A stretch of 49,998 bases of DNA, from positions 1 through 49,998 of the forward strand of contig JANNJV010000509.1 of the NCBI GenBank assembly GCA_031395945.1, written 5' to 3'. Below are positions 16,912-26,968 of the stretch, piece after piece. Every line of letters starts with the position of its first letter. The stretch's first letter is position 1. Position numbers and translations under genes: made by a program. Source of the DNA: Gemmatimonadota bacterium. Its GTDB lineage: Bacteria; Gemmatimonadota; Gemmatimonadetes; Gemmatimonadales; Gemmatimonadaceae. Below the pieces are notes generated by a model. The model ran no database searches. It had not been told where the DNA came from and saw nothing but the letters and a program-made list of their open reading frames with translations.

Positions 16912-19215
16912 ATGCGGATTCGCCGAGTGGGGATTGTGGGAGCCGGCACCATGGGTGCGGGCATCGGCGCGCTCGCCGCGTCGGCGGGCATCCCTGTGGT
17001 CCTGCTGGACATTCCCGCGAAAGAGGGGGATGCAAGCGCTCCTGCGAAGAAAGGCCTGGAGCGGCAACTCAAGGCGCGTCCCGCCGCGTTCATGGACCCC
17101 GCTCGTGCCGCGCTCATTCAAGTAGGAAACACGCGCGACGATCTCGCCTGGTTGGCCGACTGCGATCTCGTGATCGAGGCCATAATCGAGCAGGTTGAGC
17201 CCAAGCGGGAGTTGTACGCGCGATTGGAGAAGGTCATCACGCCGGGCGCGATCATCGCGTCCAATACGTCCGGCATTCCGATGAAGCTCCTGGTCGAGGG
17301 CCGCAGCAAGTCGTTCCGCGAGCGGTTTGTGGGGATGCATTTCTTCAATCCGCCGCGGTATCTCCATCTCCTGGAGATTATCGCGGCGCCCGAGACGTCC
17401 GACGCGACCCTGGCTACCGCTCGCGCGTTCAGTCAGCGCATCCTCGGAAAGGGCACGATTCGGGCGAAAGATGTTCCCGGATTCGTGGCGAACCGCCTGG
17501 GCGTCTTTGGTATGGTGCTGGCGCTCCGGATGCTCGACGAGTTCGACCTCGGCATCGATGCAGTGGATGCGCTCACCGGGCCGGCGCTGGCGCGCGCGAA
17601 ATCGGCGACATTCCGCACTGCGGATCTTACGGGGCTGGATGTCCTGAATCACGTCGCGCAGGAACTGACGAGGGCCACGGGGGAAGACTTCGCGCTTCCG
17701 GATTGGGTGCAACAGTTGATCGCGAAAGGGCAGCTGGGCGAAAAAACCGGTGCGGGATTCTACAAAAAGGCTGGCAAGGACATTCTGACGCTGGACCGGA
17801 AAACGCTGGAGTACGGGCCGCAGAAGAAGGTGGACTCGAAGGAGCTGGCAGAGCTGTCGCGTCTTTCTGTCGAGCAGCGGTTCGCCCGCATTCGTGACAT
17901 GAAGGGTGCGTACGGAGAATTCGCGCGAACCTACCTGCTGCGCCTCTCGCACTTCGTGCTGGAGCGCACTCCTGACATTTCGTACGACATCCCGAGTGTG
18001 GATCGCGGAATGGAATGGGGCTATGCGTGGGAGGCGGGTCCGTTCAAGCAGATGGACATGCTCGGACTGGATTTCCTGCGCGACGGATTCAAGAAGGCAA
18101 AGTTGGCCGAGCCCGCCCTGTTGAAGAAAGCGAAGGGGAGCTTCTACACGGACGACTTCGCGAGGGTGCTGGGGTTCGATGGCACCTACGGCGCCGTCGA
18201 AGCCATCGCGGGCGCTATTTCACTGGCTCGCGTACGTGCCCAGAAAAAGGTCTTGCAGACCAACGGCGATGCGAGCCTGCTCGACCTCGGCGACGGCGTG
18301 GTCTGTCTCGAGTTTCACAGCAAACTGAATACGCTTGGAGCCGGCGTGTTGAGCGCGCTGCGAGAGGCGTTGGAGCGGGTTGATAGAGAAGGATTCGCGG
18401 GCTTGGTGCTTGGCAACGACGATCCCCGGACGTTTACGGCCGGAGCCGATCTGGCCATGGTGGGCGGTTTGGTGCAACAGGGCGATTGGAAGCAACTGGA
18501 TGCCGCGGTCTCCACTTTTCAGCAGTGCTCCATGTCGCTCCGGTTCGCGCCGTTTCCCGTGGTTGCCGCGCCCTTCGGTCTCACGCTCGGCGGCGGATGC
18601 GAGTTCTCACTGCACGCAGACATGATCCAGGCACACGCCGAGCTGTACATGGGTCTGGTCGAAGTCGGCGTGGGGTTGATTCCAGGTGGCGGAGGGACGA
18701 AGGAGATGCTGTTCCGCTTCACCAACGAATTGGCAGCCTACGAAGAGGCCGACCCGTTCGAGGCGGTGAAGCGGGCGTTCAAGTTGATCGCGATGGCGAC
18801 AACGAGCACGAGCGCGCTCGAAGCGCGCACGCTGGGCTTTCTTCGCGAGCGTGATCGCGTCTCGATGAACCGCGACCTGTTGATCGCCGACGCGAAGTCT
18901 CGCGTTCTCGATCTGGCCCCCGGCTACGTCGCTCCCTCCATGCAAAACATCATGGCGACTGGAAAAGAGGGCTACGGCAATCTCAAGTACGCCGCGTGGG
19001 CGATGCGCGAAGCCGGACAGATCACGGATTTTGAGGTCAAGCTGGCCCACGAAGTCGCGTACGTGCTGTGCGGCGGCGACGGGCCACCGCGGATGGTGAC
19101 CGAACAGGACATTCTGGATCTCGAGCGCGACGCCTTTCTGAGGCTGCTGGGTACGAAAGAGACACAGGAGCGTATCAGTCACATGCTCAAGACGGGCAAG
19201 CCGTTGCGAAACTAG
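16912..19215 (+). CDS. Bifunctional 3-hydroxyacyl-CoA dehydrogenase (N-terminal) / enoyl-CoA hydratase (C-terminal), FadN-type order
   Basis: The preferred ATG at 16912 lies 1 nt after the upstream stop. Rossmann motif VGIVGAGTMGAGIG. HCDH signature region MHFFNPPRYLHLLEI. C-terminal crotonase fold ...FTAGADL...PFGLTLGGGCEFSLHAD. Track start 16807 overlaps the previous gene. Confidence 0.9.
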   Translation: MRIRRVGIVGAGTMGAGIGALAASAGIPVVLLDIPAKEGDASAPAKKGLERQLKARPAAFMDPARAALIQVGNTRDDLAWLADCDLVIEAIIEQVEPKRELYARLEKVITPGAIIASNTSGIPMKLLVEGRSKSFRERFVGMHFFNPPRYLHLLEIIAAPETSDATLATARAFSQRILGKGTIRAKDVPGFVANRLGVFGMVLALRMLDEFDLGIDAVDALTGPALARAKSATFRTADLTGLDVLNHVAQELTRATGEDFALPDWVQQLIAKGQLGEKTGAGFYKKAGKDILTLDRKTLEYGPQKKVDSKELAELSRLSVEQRFARIRDMKGAYGEFARTYLLRLSHFVLERTPDISYDIPSVDRGMEWGYAWEAGPFKQMDMLGLDFLRDGFKKAKLAEPALLKKAKGSFYTDDFARVLGFDGTYGAVEAIAGAISLARVRAQKKVLQTNGDASLLDLGDGVVCLEFHSKLNTLGAGVLSALREALERVDREGFAGLVLGNDDPRTFTAGADLAMVGGLVQQGDWKQLDAAVSTFQQCSMSLRFAPFPVVAAPFGLTLGGGCEFSLHADMIQAHAELYMGLVEVGVGLIPGGGGTKEMLFRFTNELAAYEEADPFEAVKRAFKLIAMATTSTSALEARTLGFLRERDRVSMNRDLLIADAKSRVLDLAPGYVAPSMQNIMATGKEGYGNLKYAAWAMREAGQITDFEVKLAHEVAYVLCGGDGPPRMVTEQDILDLERDAFLRLLGTKETQERISHMLKTGKPLRN

Positions 19216-19247
19216 ATTGCCATGCTGAAGGATCGCGGGGGACTCCG

Positions 19248-20414
<1,167 letters not shown>

Positions 20415-20466
20415 GCTCGCGAGCCGGGCGTTCGCCGGAGCGCCAGGCTCGCCTCGCCCCATTTTC

Positions 20467-21894
20467 CTACGGCACGATCCGCGACTTCATCAAGGCCTCG
20501 ATCTCGGCGATCTCGCGCGGCGCACGTGAAATCCACTCCAGCCCTTTGTCGCTGACGATGTAGTCGTCCTCGATGCGCACACCCGTGTTCTGGTAGCGCT
20601 CTACGGCAGGACGGATGTTCGCGATCAGCGTGCGATTCCGCGGCGTATCCGCAAGAATCTCGAGCAGGTTGCGGCGCACATAAATGCCGGGCTCGATGGT
20701 GAACGCGCTTCCCTCGCCGATGGTTTGCGTAAAGTAGAACTGGTCGGGATCGTGGACCTCAAGGCCGATGCCGTGACCCAGGCCATGCATGTAGTACAAC
20801 CTCACTTGCGGGGCCTTCGCGATCGCCCCCCCCGGCGCCACAACGTCATACGTGGCCGTTGGCGACTCGATAAGCCCCAGACGCGTCAAACCCGCGGCGA
20901 TGACCGCCCAGGCGGAGTCGCTCATGACGACGGCCTTCATCCCGGGCCTGGCATTGCGTTCGGCGGCGGCCTGCGCGTCACGAACGATCTGATACACCTC
21001 GCGCTGTTCCTGCGTGAAGGCGCCGTTCAAAGGAATGGTGCGCGTCACGTCCGCTGCGTAGCCATCGAAGGACGCTCCAATGTCCATGACGACCACCTCA
21101 CCCGCCTGCATCTGCCGGTCGTTCACATTGTAGTGCAGCACGGTGGAGTTGGGTCCCGACCCGACGATGGTCGCGAACGACGTTCGCTCGGCGCCGCGAC
21201 GACGGAAGCCGCGTTCGATGTCTGCCTCGAGCTCGTACTCGTACATGCTGGGCCTGGCGTTGCGCATGGCTTCGACGTGCGACTCGACCGTGATGTCCAC
21301 CGCGCGCCTGATCAGCGCCAGCTCGGCTGGCGACTTTTTGCCGCGCAGCTGCATGATGAACGCGGTGGCGCCCTGCACCTGGAGTTGCGGGTGGTTGGCA
21401 CGAACCCGCCGCAACTCCAGATCGTGTTCGGTGGACACTCCCACCTCGGGGTTGGGCGAGAGGTCGCCCGCCACGTAAAACGGCAGCTTGAGTCTGGCCA
21501 GCGAGTCGAGGGCTTGAGCAAGTGCCTCTCGCGATCGCGCCGGCAGCCCTGTGCGAGCCGTGGCTCCCTCCGTCCCGATACGCGTCCCCGTCCACACTTC
21601 GGCGGCGGGGTCGCGCGGAAGTACGAACACCGTAGCGGACACGCGTCCATTCTCTTTCACCATGACCAATGCCGCGTCCGGCTCCTTGATCCCCGTGAGG
21701 TAGAGCATTGGGGGATTCTGGAAGAACTCGAGGTAGTCCTTCTCCGGCTCCGCAGCACCAAACACGACGATGACGGCGTCGGGAATGCGAGCCGCTAGTG
21801 CGTCGCGGCGCGTGGCGTATTCACGGGCCAGGATCTGCGACGGCAACGGCAACGGCGCTGCAGAGAGCGCGACGAGCATCCACAAACGCTTCAC
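20467..21894 (-). CDS. pepP: Secreted Xaa-Pro aminopeptidase (M24B, aminopeptidase P family)
   Basis: GTG start and a signal peptide. M24 metal ligands in VVMDIGASFDGYAADVTRT, HGLGHGIGLEVHD, FTIEPG and RIEDD. Confidence 0.88.
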   Translation of the reverse strand: MKRLWMLVALSAAPLPLPSQILAREYATRRDALAARIPDAVIVVFGAAEPEKDYLEFFQNPPMLYLTGIKEPDAALVMVKENGRVSATVFVLPRDPAAEVWTGTRIGTEGATARTGLPARSREALAQALDSLARLKLPFYVAGDLSPNPEVGVSTEHDLELRRVRANHPQLQVQGATAFIMQLRGKKSPAELALIRRAVDITVESHVEAMRNARPSMYEYELEADIERGFRRRGAERTSFATIVGSGPNSTVLHYNVNDRQMQAGEVVVMDIGASFDGYAADVTRTIPLNGAFTQEQREVYQIVRDAQAAAERNARPGMKAVVMSDSAWAVIAAGLTRLGLIESPTATYDVVAPGGAIAKAPQVRLYYMHGLGHGIGLEVHDPDQFYFTQTIGEGSAFTIEPGIYVRRNLLEILADTPRNRTLIANIRPAVERYQNTGVRIEDDYIVSDKGLEWISRAPREIAEIEALMKSRIVP

Positions 21895-21978
21895 GGGTCG
21901 AACCTCGAGGCAGGTAATGGGTGGCCGGCGTCAAGTAAGACACGCGAGCCAGACCTTTGGATGCTCGATTGGGAGGCG

Positions 21979-22632
21979 CTATTTCTTTTTCGCGCCGAGC
22001 TGCCCGTCGCCGTTGTCCAGCGAGCGCCAGAGATACCAGCACGCGATGCTGCTGTAGGGCGACCATTTGGCGCCGATGCGGAGCACGTCCTTGGGGAGCA
22101 CGCGTCGCTTGCGGTAGGCACGCTTGATCGCGTTCTGAATACCAAGGTCCAGATCCGGCAACACGTCGGGCCGCCCGAGCTTGAACATCAGGAACATCTG
22201 CGCGGTCCATTTTCCGATGCCCTTCACCTGGACCAGATGCGCGATGAGCTGGTCGTCGGGCAGCGTGTCCACGTGATCCAGCGGGAGCTCATCGCGATGC
22301 ACGCGTGTCGCGAGGTCGCGCAAGTAGCCGATCTTCTGTCGCGACAGGCCCACCGAGCGCAGTTGATCGTCCGTCGTCGCCAGGATGTCGGCCGCCGAAG
22401 GCGCCCCATCAGGGTAGAGGGCCAGGAAGCGATTGTGGATCGTGGTCGCCGCCTTACCCGAGAGCTGCTGAAAGACGATGGCACGAATCAGGGCACCCAT
22501 ATGCGATCCGCCAGTCCGATCCGCCGGGCGATACGGGCCCACCGCGTCGATGACTCTGGCAATCACGGGATCCACCCTTTTCAGGTGGGCGCGCGCGCGG
22601 CGGGAGATTGCGGCGTGGGACTGTGTCGTCAC
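21979..22632 (-). CDS. alkA: DNA-3-methyladenine glycosylase II family (HhH-GPD, AlkA-like)
   Basis: LSRQKIGYLRDLA, HhH VKGIGKWTAQMFLMF, catalytic Asp context LPDLDLGIQNAIKRAY. Confidence 0.85.
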   Translation of the reverse strand: MTTQSHAAISRRARAHLKRVDPVIARVIDAVGPYRPADRTGGSHMGALIRAIVFQQLSGKAATTIHNRFLALYPDGAPSAADILATTDDQLRSVGLSRQKIGYLRDLATRVHRDELPLDHVDTLPDDQLIAHLVQVKGIGKWTAQMFLMFKLGRPDVLPDLDLGIQNAIKRAYRKRRVLPKDVLRIGAKWSPYSSIACWYLWRSLDNGDGQLGAKKK

Positions 22633-22635
22633 AGA

Positions 22636-23103
22636 CTAATGCCTGGCGAATACCTTCGTGGTGCCATCGCGGTTGAAGGCGATGACGTCGTACGGGTCCC
22701 TGACGCCACCCATTTCCATGCCGGGAGACCCGGCGGGCATCCCGGCGACCGCGATTCCCGCGATTTTCGGCTTCTCCTTCAGCAGCCGCTGAATGTCCGC
22801 GGCCGGCACGTGCCCCTCGACGACGTACCCGTTCACGAACGCCGTATGACAGGAATGCAGGCGTTCCGGCACGCGACCCACCCGCTTCACGCCACTCAGG
22901 TCAGCGGTGTCCTTGGTGATTACCGTGAACGAGTGCTTGCGAAGATGCTCCACCCAGCTCTTGCAACAGCCGCAATTGGCATCCTTGAACACCGTGATCT
23001 CAACGGTGCTCGTGCGCGGGGCCGAGGCAGCGGGAGTGGAGGCGGATGCCAGCGTTGCCAACACGGCCAGGCCACCCGCGCGTAGAAAGGCACTCTTTTT
23101 CAT
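22636..23103 (-). CDS. DUF411 (CopG-like) periplasmic metal-binding protein
   Basis: Signal peptide, CGCC motif (KDANCGCCKSWVEHL), GHVPAADIQRLL, GMPAGSPGME; typical DUF411. Confidence 0.85.
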   Translation of the reverse strand: MKKSAFLRAGGLAVLATLASASTPAASAPRTSTVEITVFKDANCGCCKSWVEHLRKHSFTVITKDTADLSGVKRVGRVPERLHSCHTAFVNGYVVEGHVPAADIQRLLKEKPKIAGIAVAGMPAGSPGMEMGGVRDPYDVIAFNRDGTTKVFARH

Positions 23104-23135
23104 GCCCGAAATCTAGCGCTCGCGCACGTGCGAGG
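23104..23135 (-). promoter_or_regulatory. Second copy of the start-proximal motif GAGCGCTAGATTTCGGGC abutting the ATG
   Basis: Minus strand: CCTCGCACG-TGCGC-GAGCGCTAGATTTCGGGC-ATG. 20 of 21 positions, including the ATG, are identical to the copy at 3639-3659. Confidence 0.4.
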
Positions 23136-23175
23136 TACGATTATCGGGACTTCAACCGCCCCACGGGTCCCTTCG

Positions 23176-24324
23176 ATGCTCCGTACACGCAATCGCCGTC
23201 TGCATGTTCTTTCGTACGTCGTCATGGTCTCCACCGCGACGAGTGCCGCAGTACTCGCGCAGCAACCCTCGGCGCCGGCGTCACAACGGCCACGGCAAAC
23301 GGTGGCGATGGATTCGGCGCGCGCAGCGCAACTGTACGTGAGCAACCGGCCGGACGACCACCCGCAAGCGGATTTCGCGCGCCAGATCCAGGCGAAGGCG
23401 CGCACGGACAGCATCTATCGGGCGCGCAGCCGCGGCGTCATGGACTTTCAGAAAGTCTCGTACAGAAGCGCCGCCGACGGGATGACCATTCCGGCCTACC
23501 TCTTTCAACCGTTGCAAAAGCGCGGAGCACGCGGGCACGCGGCGATGGTGTGGGTGCATGGCGGCGTCCACGGCGACTGGGGTGCGACCATGCTGCCGTT
23601 CGTGAAGGAGGCGGTGCAACGCGGGTACGTCGTCATCGCGCCGGATTACCGCGGCAGCACAGGCTATGGCGCGGCGCACTACAACGCGATCGACTATGGC
23701 GGCAAGGAAGTGGATGACGTTGCGTCCGCGGTCGACTTCCTGAAGACGCTGCCGCACGTAGACGCGGAGCGCTTGGGGGTGATGGGATGGAGCCACGGTG
23801 GATTCATCGCGGCGCATCTCGTGTTCCGTGAGCAGCATCCGTTCAAGGCCGCGGCGTCCATCGTGCCGGTTACGAACCTGGTGTTTCGGCTTGGCTACAA
23901 AGGGCCCAGCTACCAGCGCGGCTTCGCCACGCAGCAGGCCCTGCAGGGACTGCCCTTCGAGAAGCGTGACGAGTACATCAAGCGATCACCGCTCTATAGC
24001 GTGGACAATCTCAAGGTGCCCATGCTGGTCCACGTCGCGACCAACGACGAGGACGTGAACTACGTCGAAGACCAGCAGATGGTCGACGCGCTTCGTTCGC
24101 GCAAACCCGATCTGGCGGAAACCAGGACGTACGTGAATCCGGCGCCGTGGGGCTCGTCGGTGGGCCACGCGTTCAGCCGGCGTGTGGACCCGGAGACCCT
24201 CGAGCGCGTGGACTCGCCGGCACAGATCGATTCCTGGAATCGCACCTGGGTGTTCTTCGACTGGAATCTGCGGCCGTACGAGGATCGCTCGAAGCCGCCG
24301 GAACCGGTGCGAACAGCGCCATGA
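23176..24324 (+). CDS. S9 family serine peptidase (prolyl oligopeptidase catalytic domain only)
   Basis: GWSHGG nucleophile elbow, VWVHGG, DYRGSTGYG, C-terminal D/H region. I prefer ATG 23176 (MLRTRNRRLHVLSYVVMVSTATSAAVLAQ signal peptide). The track start is GTG at 23128. Confidence 0.85.
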   Translation: MLRTRNRRLHVLSYVVMVSTATSAAVLAQQPSAPASQRPRQTVAMDSARAAQLYVSNRPDDHPQADFARQIQAKARTDSIYRARSRGVMDFQKVSYRSAADGMTIPAYLFQPLQKRGARGHAAMVWVHGGVHGDWGATMLPFVKEAVQRGYVVIAPDYRGSTGYGAAHYNAIDYGGKEVDDVASAVDFLKTLPHVDAERLGVMGWSHGGFIAAHLVFREQHPFKAAASIVPVTNLVFRLGYKGPSYQRGFATQQALQGLPFEKRDEYIKRSPLYSVDNLKVPMLVHVATNDEDVNYVEDQQMVDALRSRKPDLAETRTYVNPAPWGSSVGHAFSRRVDPETLERVDSPAQIDSWNRTWVFFDWNLRPYEDRSKPPEPVRTAP

Positions 24325-24515
24325 AACCGGGCCATACTGCGGAATTCCAGGCGCAGCTGGAGGCCATTCGTCGCGACAAGCGCTCGGGCATCAGATGGAC
24401 GTTGTCACACCATACTGCCGAGCTGGCGATCCGTGCGATCGAGGGGCATGTGAGGTTTTCCTATCGGCCAGGCAGCAAATCGCGACGCCGCAAGCGGCAC
24501 AAGCGCCTGCTGTAA
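24321..24515 (+). CDS. Small basic-tailed ORF (hypothetical), ATGA-coupled to the S9 peptidase
   Basis: The ATG at 24321 overlaps the TGA at 24322-24324. 64 aa ending SKSRRRKRHKRLL. No homology recognised. It is part of track ORF 24147..24515. Confidence 0.3.
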   Translation: MKPGHTAEFQAQLEAIRRDKRSGIRWTLSHHTAELAIRAIEGHVRFSYRPGSKSRRRKRHKRLL

Positions 24516-24531
24516 CGCTGTGCGCTGGCGG

Positions 24532-24705
24532 CTACGCCTTTAGCCGTCGGTACAGGACCACGAGCGCCGCGATGGTCACGATGATCGAGGTCGCGCTCAC
24601 CAGGGTCTGATACGTCGAGGCGCTCATCGACCCCTTGTTCCTCAAGGAGTTCGCTCCAACAACAGTGACGAGCAGAACAGCGAGCAACAGAATGGGGATG
24701 AGCAT
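24532..24705 (-). CDS. 57-aa two-TM membrane peptide (hypothetical; below the ORF-track cutoff)
   Basis: My translation: MLIPILLLAVLLVTVVGANSLRNKGSMSASTYQTLVSATSIIVTIAALVVLYRRLKA. It lies 57 nt downstream of the 120-aa membrane protein gene on the same strand. Confidence 0.35.
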   Translation of the reverse strand: MLIPILLLAVLLVTVVGANSLRNKGSMSASTYQTLVSATSIIVTIAALVVLYRRLKA

Positions 24706-24762
24706 GGCGATACGGTCGGAGATGGGCGGCGCGACAACGCTACCGGCGCCAGCCTCGCCGCG

Positions 24763-25125
24763 TCAAGCCTTGGCGTGCGGGCTGCTTCCGACGACCGCGC
24801 CCAATACGGCCCCCGCTCCCACCAGCAGCGTGCTGAACACCAGCGCGCTCGGGGTTGCAATGGTGGCGAGTGCCACCATCCACGCCATACCGAAACCAAA
24901 CACTCCGCCGAGGATGGTCCAGATACGCTGAGAAGGCCGTATCCATTGCCAGCGCACGGCGAGATATGCGCTGGCAACGACGAATGCCATGCCGACGACG
25001 AAGCCGCCGCCCATCAGGCCGCCACGTCCGGCGGTATTGCCGGCCGCGGCGCCGAGAACCGCACCAGCGCCTCCCAGCAAGATGCTGAGCAGAAAAAGCT
25101 TGAGCAGATTCATTGACGGTGTCAT
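24763..25125 (-). CDS. Gly-rich (glycine-zipper-like) multi-TM membrane protein (hypothetical)
   Basis: From the internal ATG at 25125: MTPSMNLLKLFLLSILLGGAGAVLGAAAGNTAGRGG...LLVGAGAVLGAVVG. The upstream part of track ORF 24763..25302 has no membrane character. Confidence 0.6.
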   Translation of the reverse strand: MTPSMNLLKLFLLSILLGGAGAVLGAAAGNTAGRGGLMGGGFVVGMAFVVASAYLAVRWQWIRPSQRIWTILGGVFGFGMAWMVALATIATPSALVFSTLLVGAGAVLGAVVGSSPHAKA

Positions 25126-25210
25126 GGCGGCGCAAGCCAGGGGCCAGCGGCTTCCCACCATCCCATGCGTCGGATAGAATGACGCGACCACCCTTTTCGG
25201 GAATTCACAC

Positions 25211-26398
25211 ATGGCCACAGTACGCCTGACCCTTTCTGCGCTCGCGCTCGCTGCGCTGGCCTGCCAACCCTCGAGCGCGCCGCAACCGACGGCCCAGTCC
25301 AATACCTACCTGCTGCGCCTTGGCAACGACACGCTCGCCGTCGATCAATTCACGCGCAGCGCGGACCGGATAGAGGGCACACTCGTCACGCATCTGCCGC
25401 GGACGGTCGTCACGCGATATACCGTGACGATCAACCCTACGACGGGAATGGCGTCGCAGCTCGTGTACAATTCGCGTCTGCCGGACGGCAGCATGATCGT
25501 CGCGCCGAACAACCAGCCGAGCGTCCGCCAGGTGACCATCAGCTTCATGGGTGACAGCGCCATGCAGCAAGTGCAGCGCGACACCGTCATCACGGTGCGC
25601 GCGCTCGCACGCAACGCGTTTCCCTATCTCAACTACAGCGTCGCCTTCTTTCAGCTGCCGGTGGCCAGGCTACGCGCCGCCAACGCGGATAGCGCCACGA
25701 ACGCTATCTACACGGGCGGACGTGTTACCACGCCGATGTTGGTCAGGCGCACGGGGAGCAATCAGTACTCCGTGAGCATCGGAGGGTTTCCCTACACCGT
25801 GACGACCGACAACGCTGGCGTCATTCAGAGTGTCGATGGCGCGCGCACCACACAACACTTCATCGCCACCCGTCAGGGCGAGATAGACGCAGCGGCGCTC
25901 GCGACGGCCTGGGCGCAGCGTGAGCGCGACGTGCGCCCCATCGCGGCACTTTCCGTCCGTGACACTACCCGCGCAACGGTCGGACCCGCGGAATTGTGGG
26001 TGGACTATGGCCGCCCAACGACGCGTGGCCGGAGAGTGTGGGGTCCGTCGGGCGTCCTGAACGACACCATCTGGCGTACGGGCGCCAACGCGGCCACGCA
26101 GTTCCGCACCAACGTGCCGATCACCATCGGCGGGCAGGTAGTGCCCGCGGGCACCTACACTCTCTGGACATTGGCGGTGCCCGGTCGCTACCAGTTGATC
26201 ATCAACAAGCAGACGGGCCAGTGGGGCACCCAGTACGACGCGAAGCAGGATCTCGTTCGCATACCGTTGCAGGCGCGTCAGCTGGGACAGCATGTCGACC
26301 GCTTCACGATCGCGATCGAACCGACCGGAGCAGCGTCGGGTCTGCTCAAGCTCCAGTGGGACATGACCGAGCTCTCGGTTCCATTCACCGCGCAATAG
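25211..26398 (+). CDS. Lipoprotein with C-terminal DUF2911 domain
   Basis: Lipobox LAALAC. C-terminal IWRTGANAATQFRTNVPITIGGQVVPAGTYTLWTL...YQLIINKQTGQWGTQYD...DRFTIAIEP...LKLQWD matches the DUF2911 pattern as I recall it. Confidence 0.8.
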   Translation: MATVRLTLSALALAALACQPSSAPQPTAQSNTYLLRLGNDTLAVDQFTRSADRIEGTLVTHLPRTVVTRYTVTINPTTGMASQLVYNSRLPDGSMIVAPNNQPSVRQVTISFMGDSAMQQVQRDTVITVRALARNAFPYLNYSVAFFQLPVARLRAANADSATNAIYTGGRVTTPMLVRRTGSNQYSVSIGGFPYTVTTDNAGVIQSVDGARTTQHFIATRQGEIDAAALATAWAQRERDVRPIAALSVRDTTRATVGPAELWVDYGRPTTRGRRVWGPSGVLNDTIWRTGANAATQFRTNVPITIGGQVVPAGTYTLWTLAVPGRYQLIINKQTGQWGTQYDAKQDLVRIPLQARQLGQHVDRFTIAIEPTGAASGLLKLQWDMTELSVPFTAQ

Positions 26399-26968
26399 GT
26401 GACGCGTCTTCTCAACTATTTCTTTCGGGGACTCATCGTCCTCGCTCCGGCCGTCGTCACCATCTACGTCTTCTGGCTGATCTTCAGCGCGGTGGACCAG
26501 TGGATGGGGTTTCGCATTCCTGGTGCGGGGATCGCCGTGACCATCATGCTGATCACGCTCTTCGGGTTTCTGACGTCGAGTGTGCTCGCGCGATGGGTGG
26601 TGAGACTGGTCGACAGCACGTTCAACCGGCTGCCTCTGGTGCGGCTCGTGTATTCGTCCACGCGCGATCTGCTCGCCGCGTTCGTGGGCGAGAAGCGCCG
26701 ATTCGACCGCCCTGTGGTTGTGTCCACGTCGGCCGACGGTATCGAGAAGGCGTTCGGCTTCGTGACGCTGCAGTCGATGGAGCGCTTCGGCCTCGAGGAT
26801 CATATGACGGTGTATCTCCCGTTCTCCTACACGTTCACCGGCGTGATTCGCATCTATCCCAGCAGCAACGTTCGCCCGCTAGCCACCGACAGTGCGGAGC
26901 TGATGGCGTTCGTGGTATCCGGCGGCGTGACCGCGGCGACGACGCGTGGCGCCGATTCGCGTCGTTGA
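26399..26968 (+). CDS. DUF502 family membrane protein
   Basis: The GTG start immediately follows the upstream TAG. FRGLIVLAPAVVTIYVFW...IPGAGIAVTIMLITLFG...RLPLVRLVYSSTRD...TGVIRIYPSSNVRPL...FVVSGG fits DUF502. Confidence 0.8.
   Translation: MTRLLNYFFRGLIVLAPAVVTIYVFWLIFSAVDQWMGFRIPGAGIAVTIMLITLFGFLTSSVLARWVVRLVDSTFNRLPLVRLVYSSTRDLLAAFVGEKRRFDRPVVVSTSADGIEKAFGFVTLQSMERFGLEDHMTVYLPFSYTFTGVIRIYPSSNVRPLATDSAELMAFVVSGGVTAATTRGADSRR

Noticed and set aside
15986-17035. 349-aa minus-strand ORF spanning the metalloprotease/fadN junction
   Set aside because: It overlaps two well-supported plus-strand genes. Its composition is typical of antisense frames.
19068-19247. N-terminal 60-codon extension of the thiolase ORF
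   Set aside because: It overlaps the 3' end of the fadN-like gene and has no thiolase similarity. The ATG at 19248 gives the canonical MKDAVIVSAVR start with a GGGGGA upstream.
20419-20452. Hairpin gcgagcc...ggctcgc after the thiolase stop as a terminator
   Set aside because: The stem is only 7 bp with a ~20-nt loop and no adjacent T-tract, which is too weak to call. The same applies to the 6-bp hairpin gcggcc acca ggccgc at 13749-13764.
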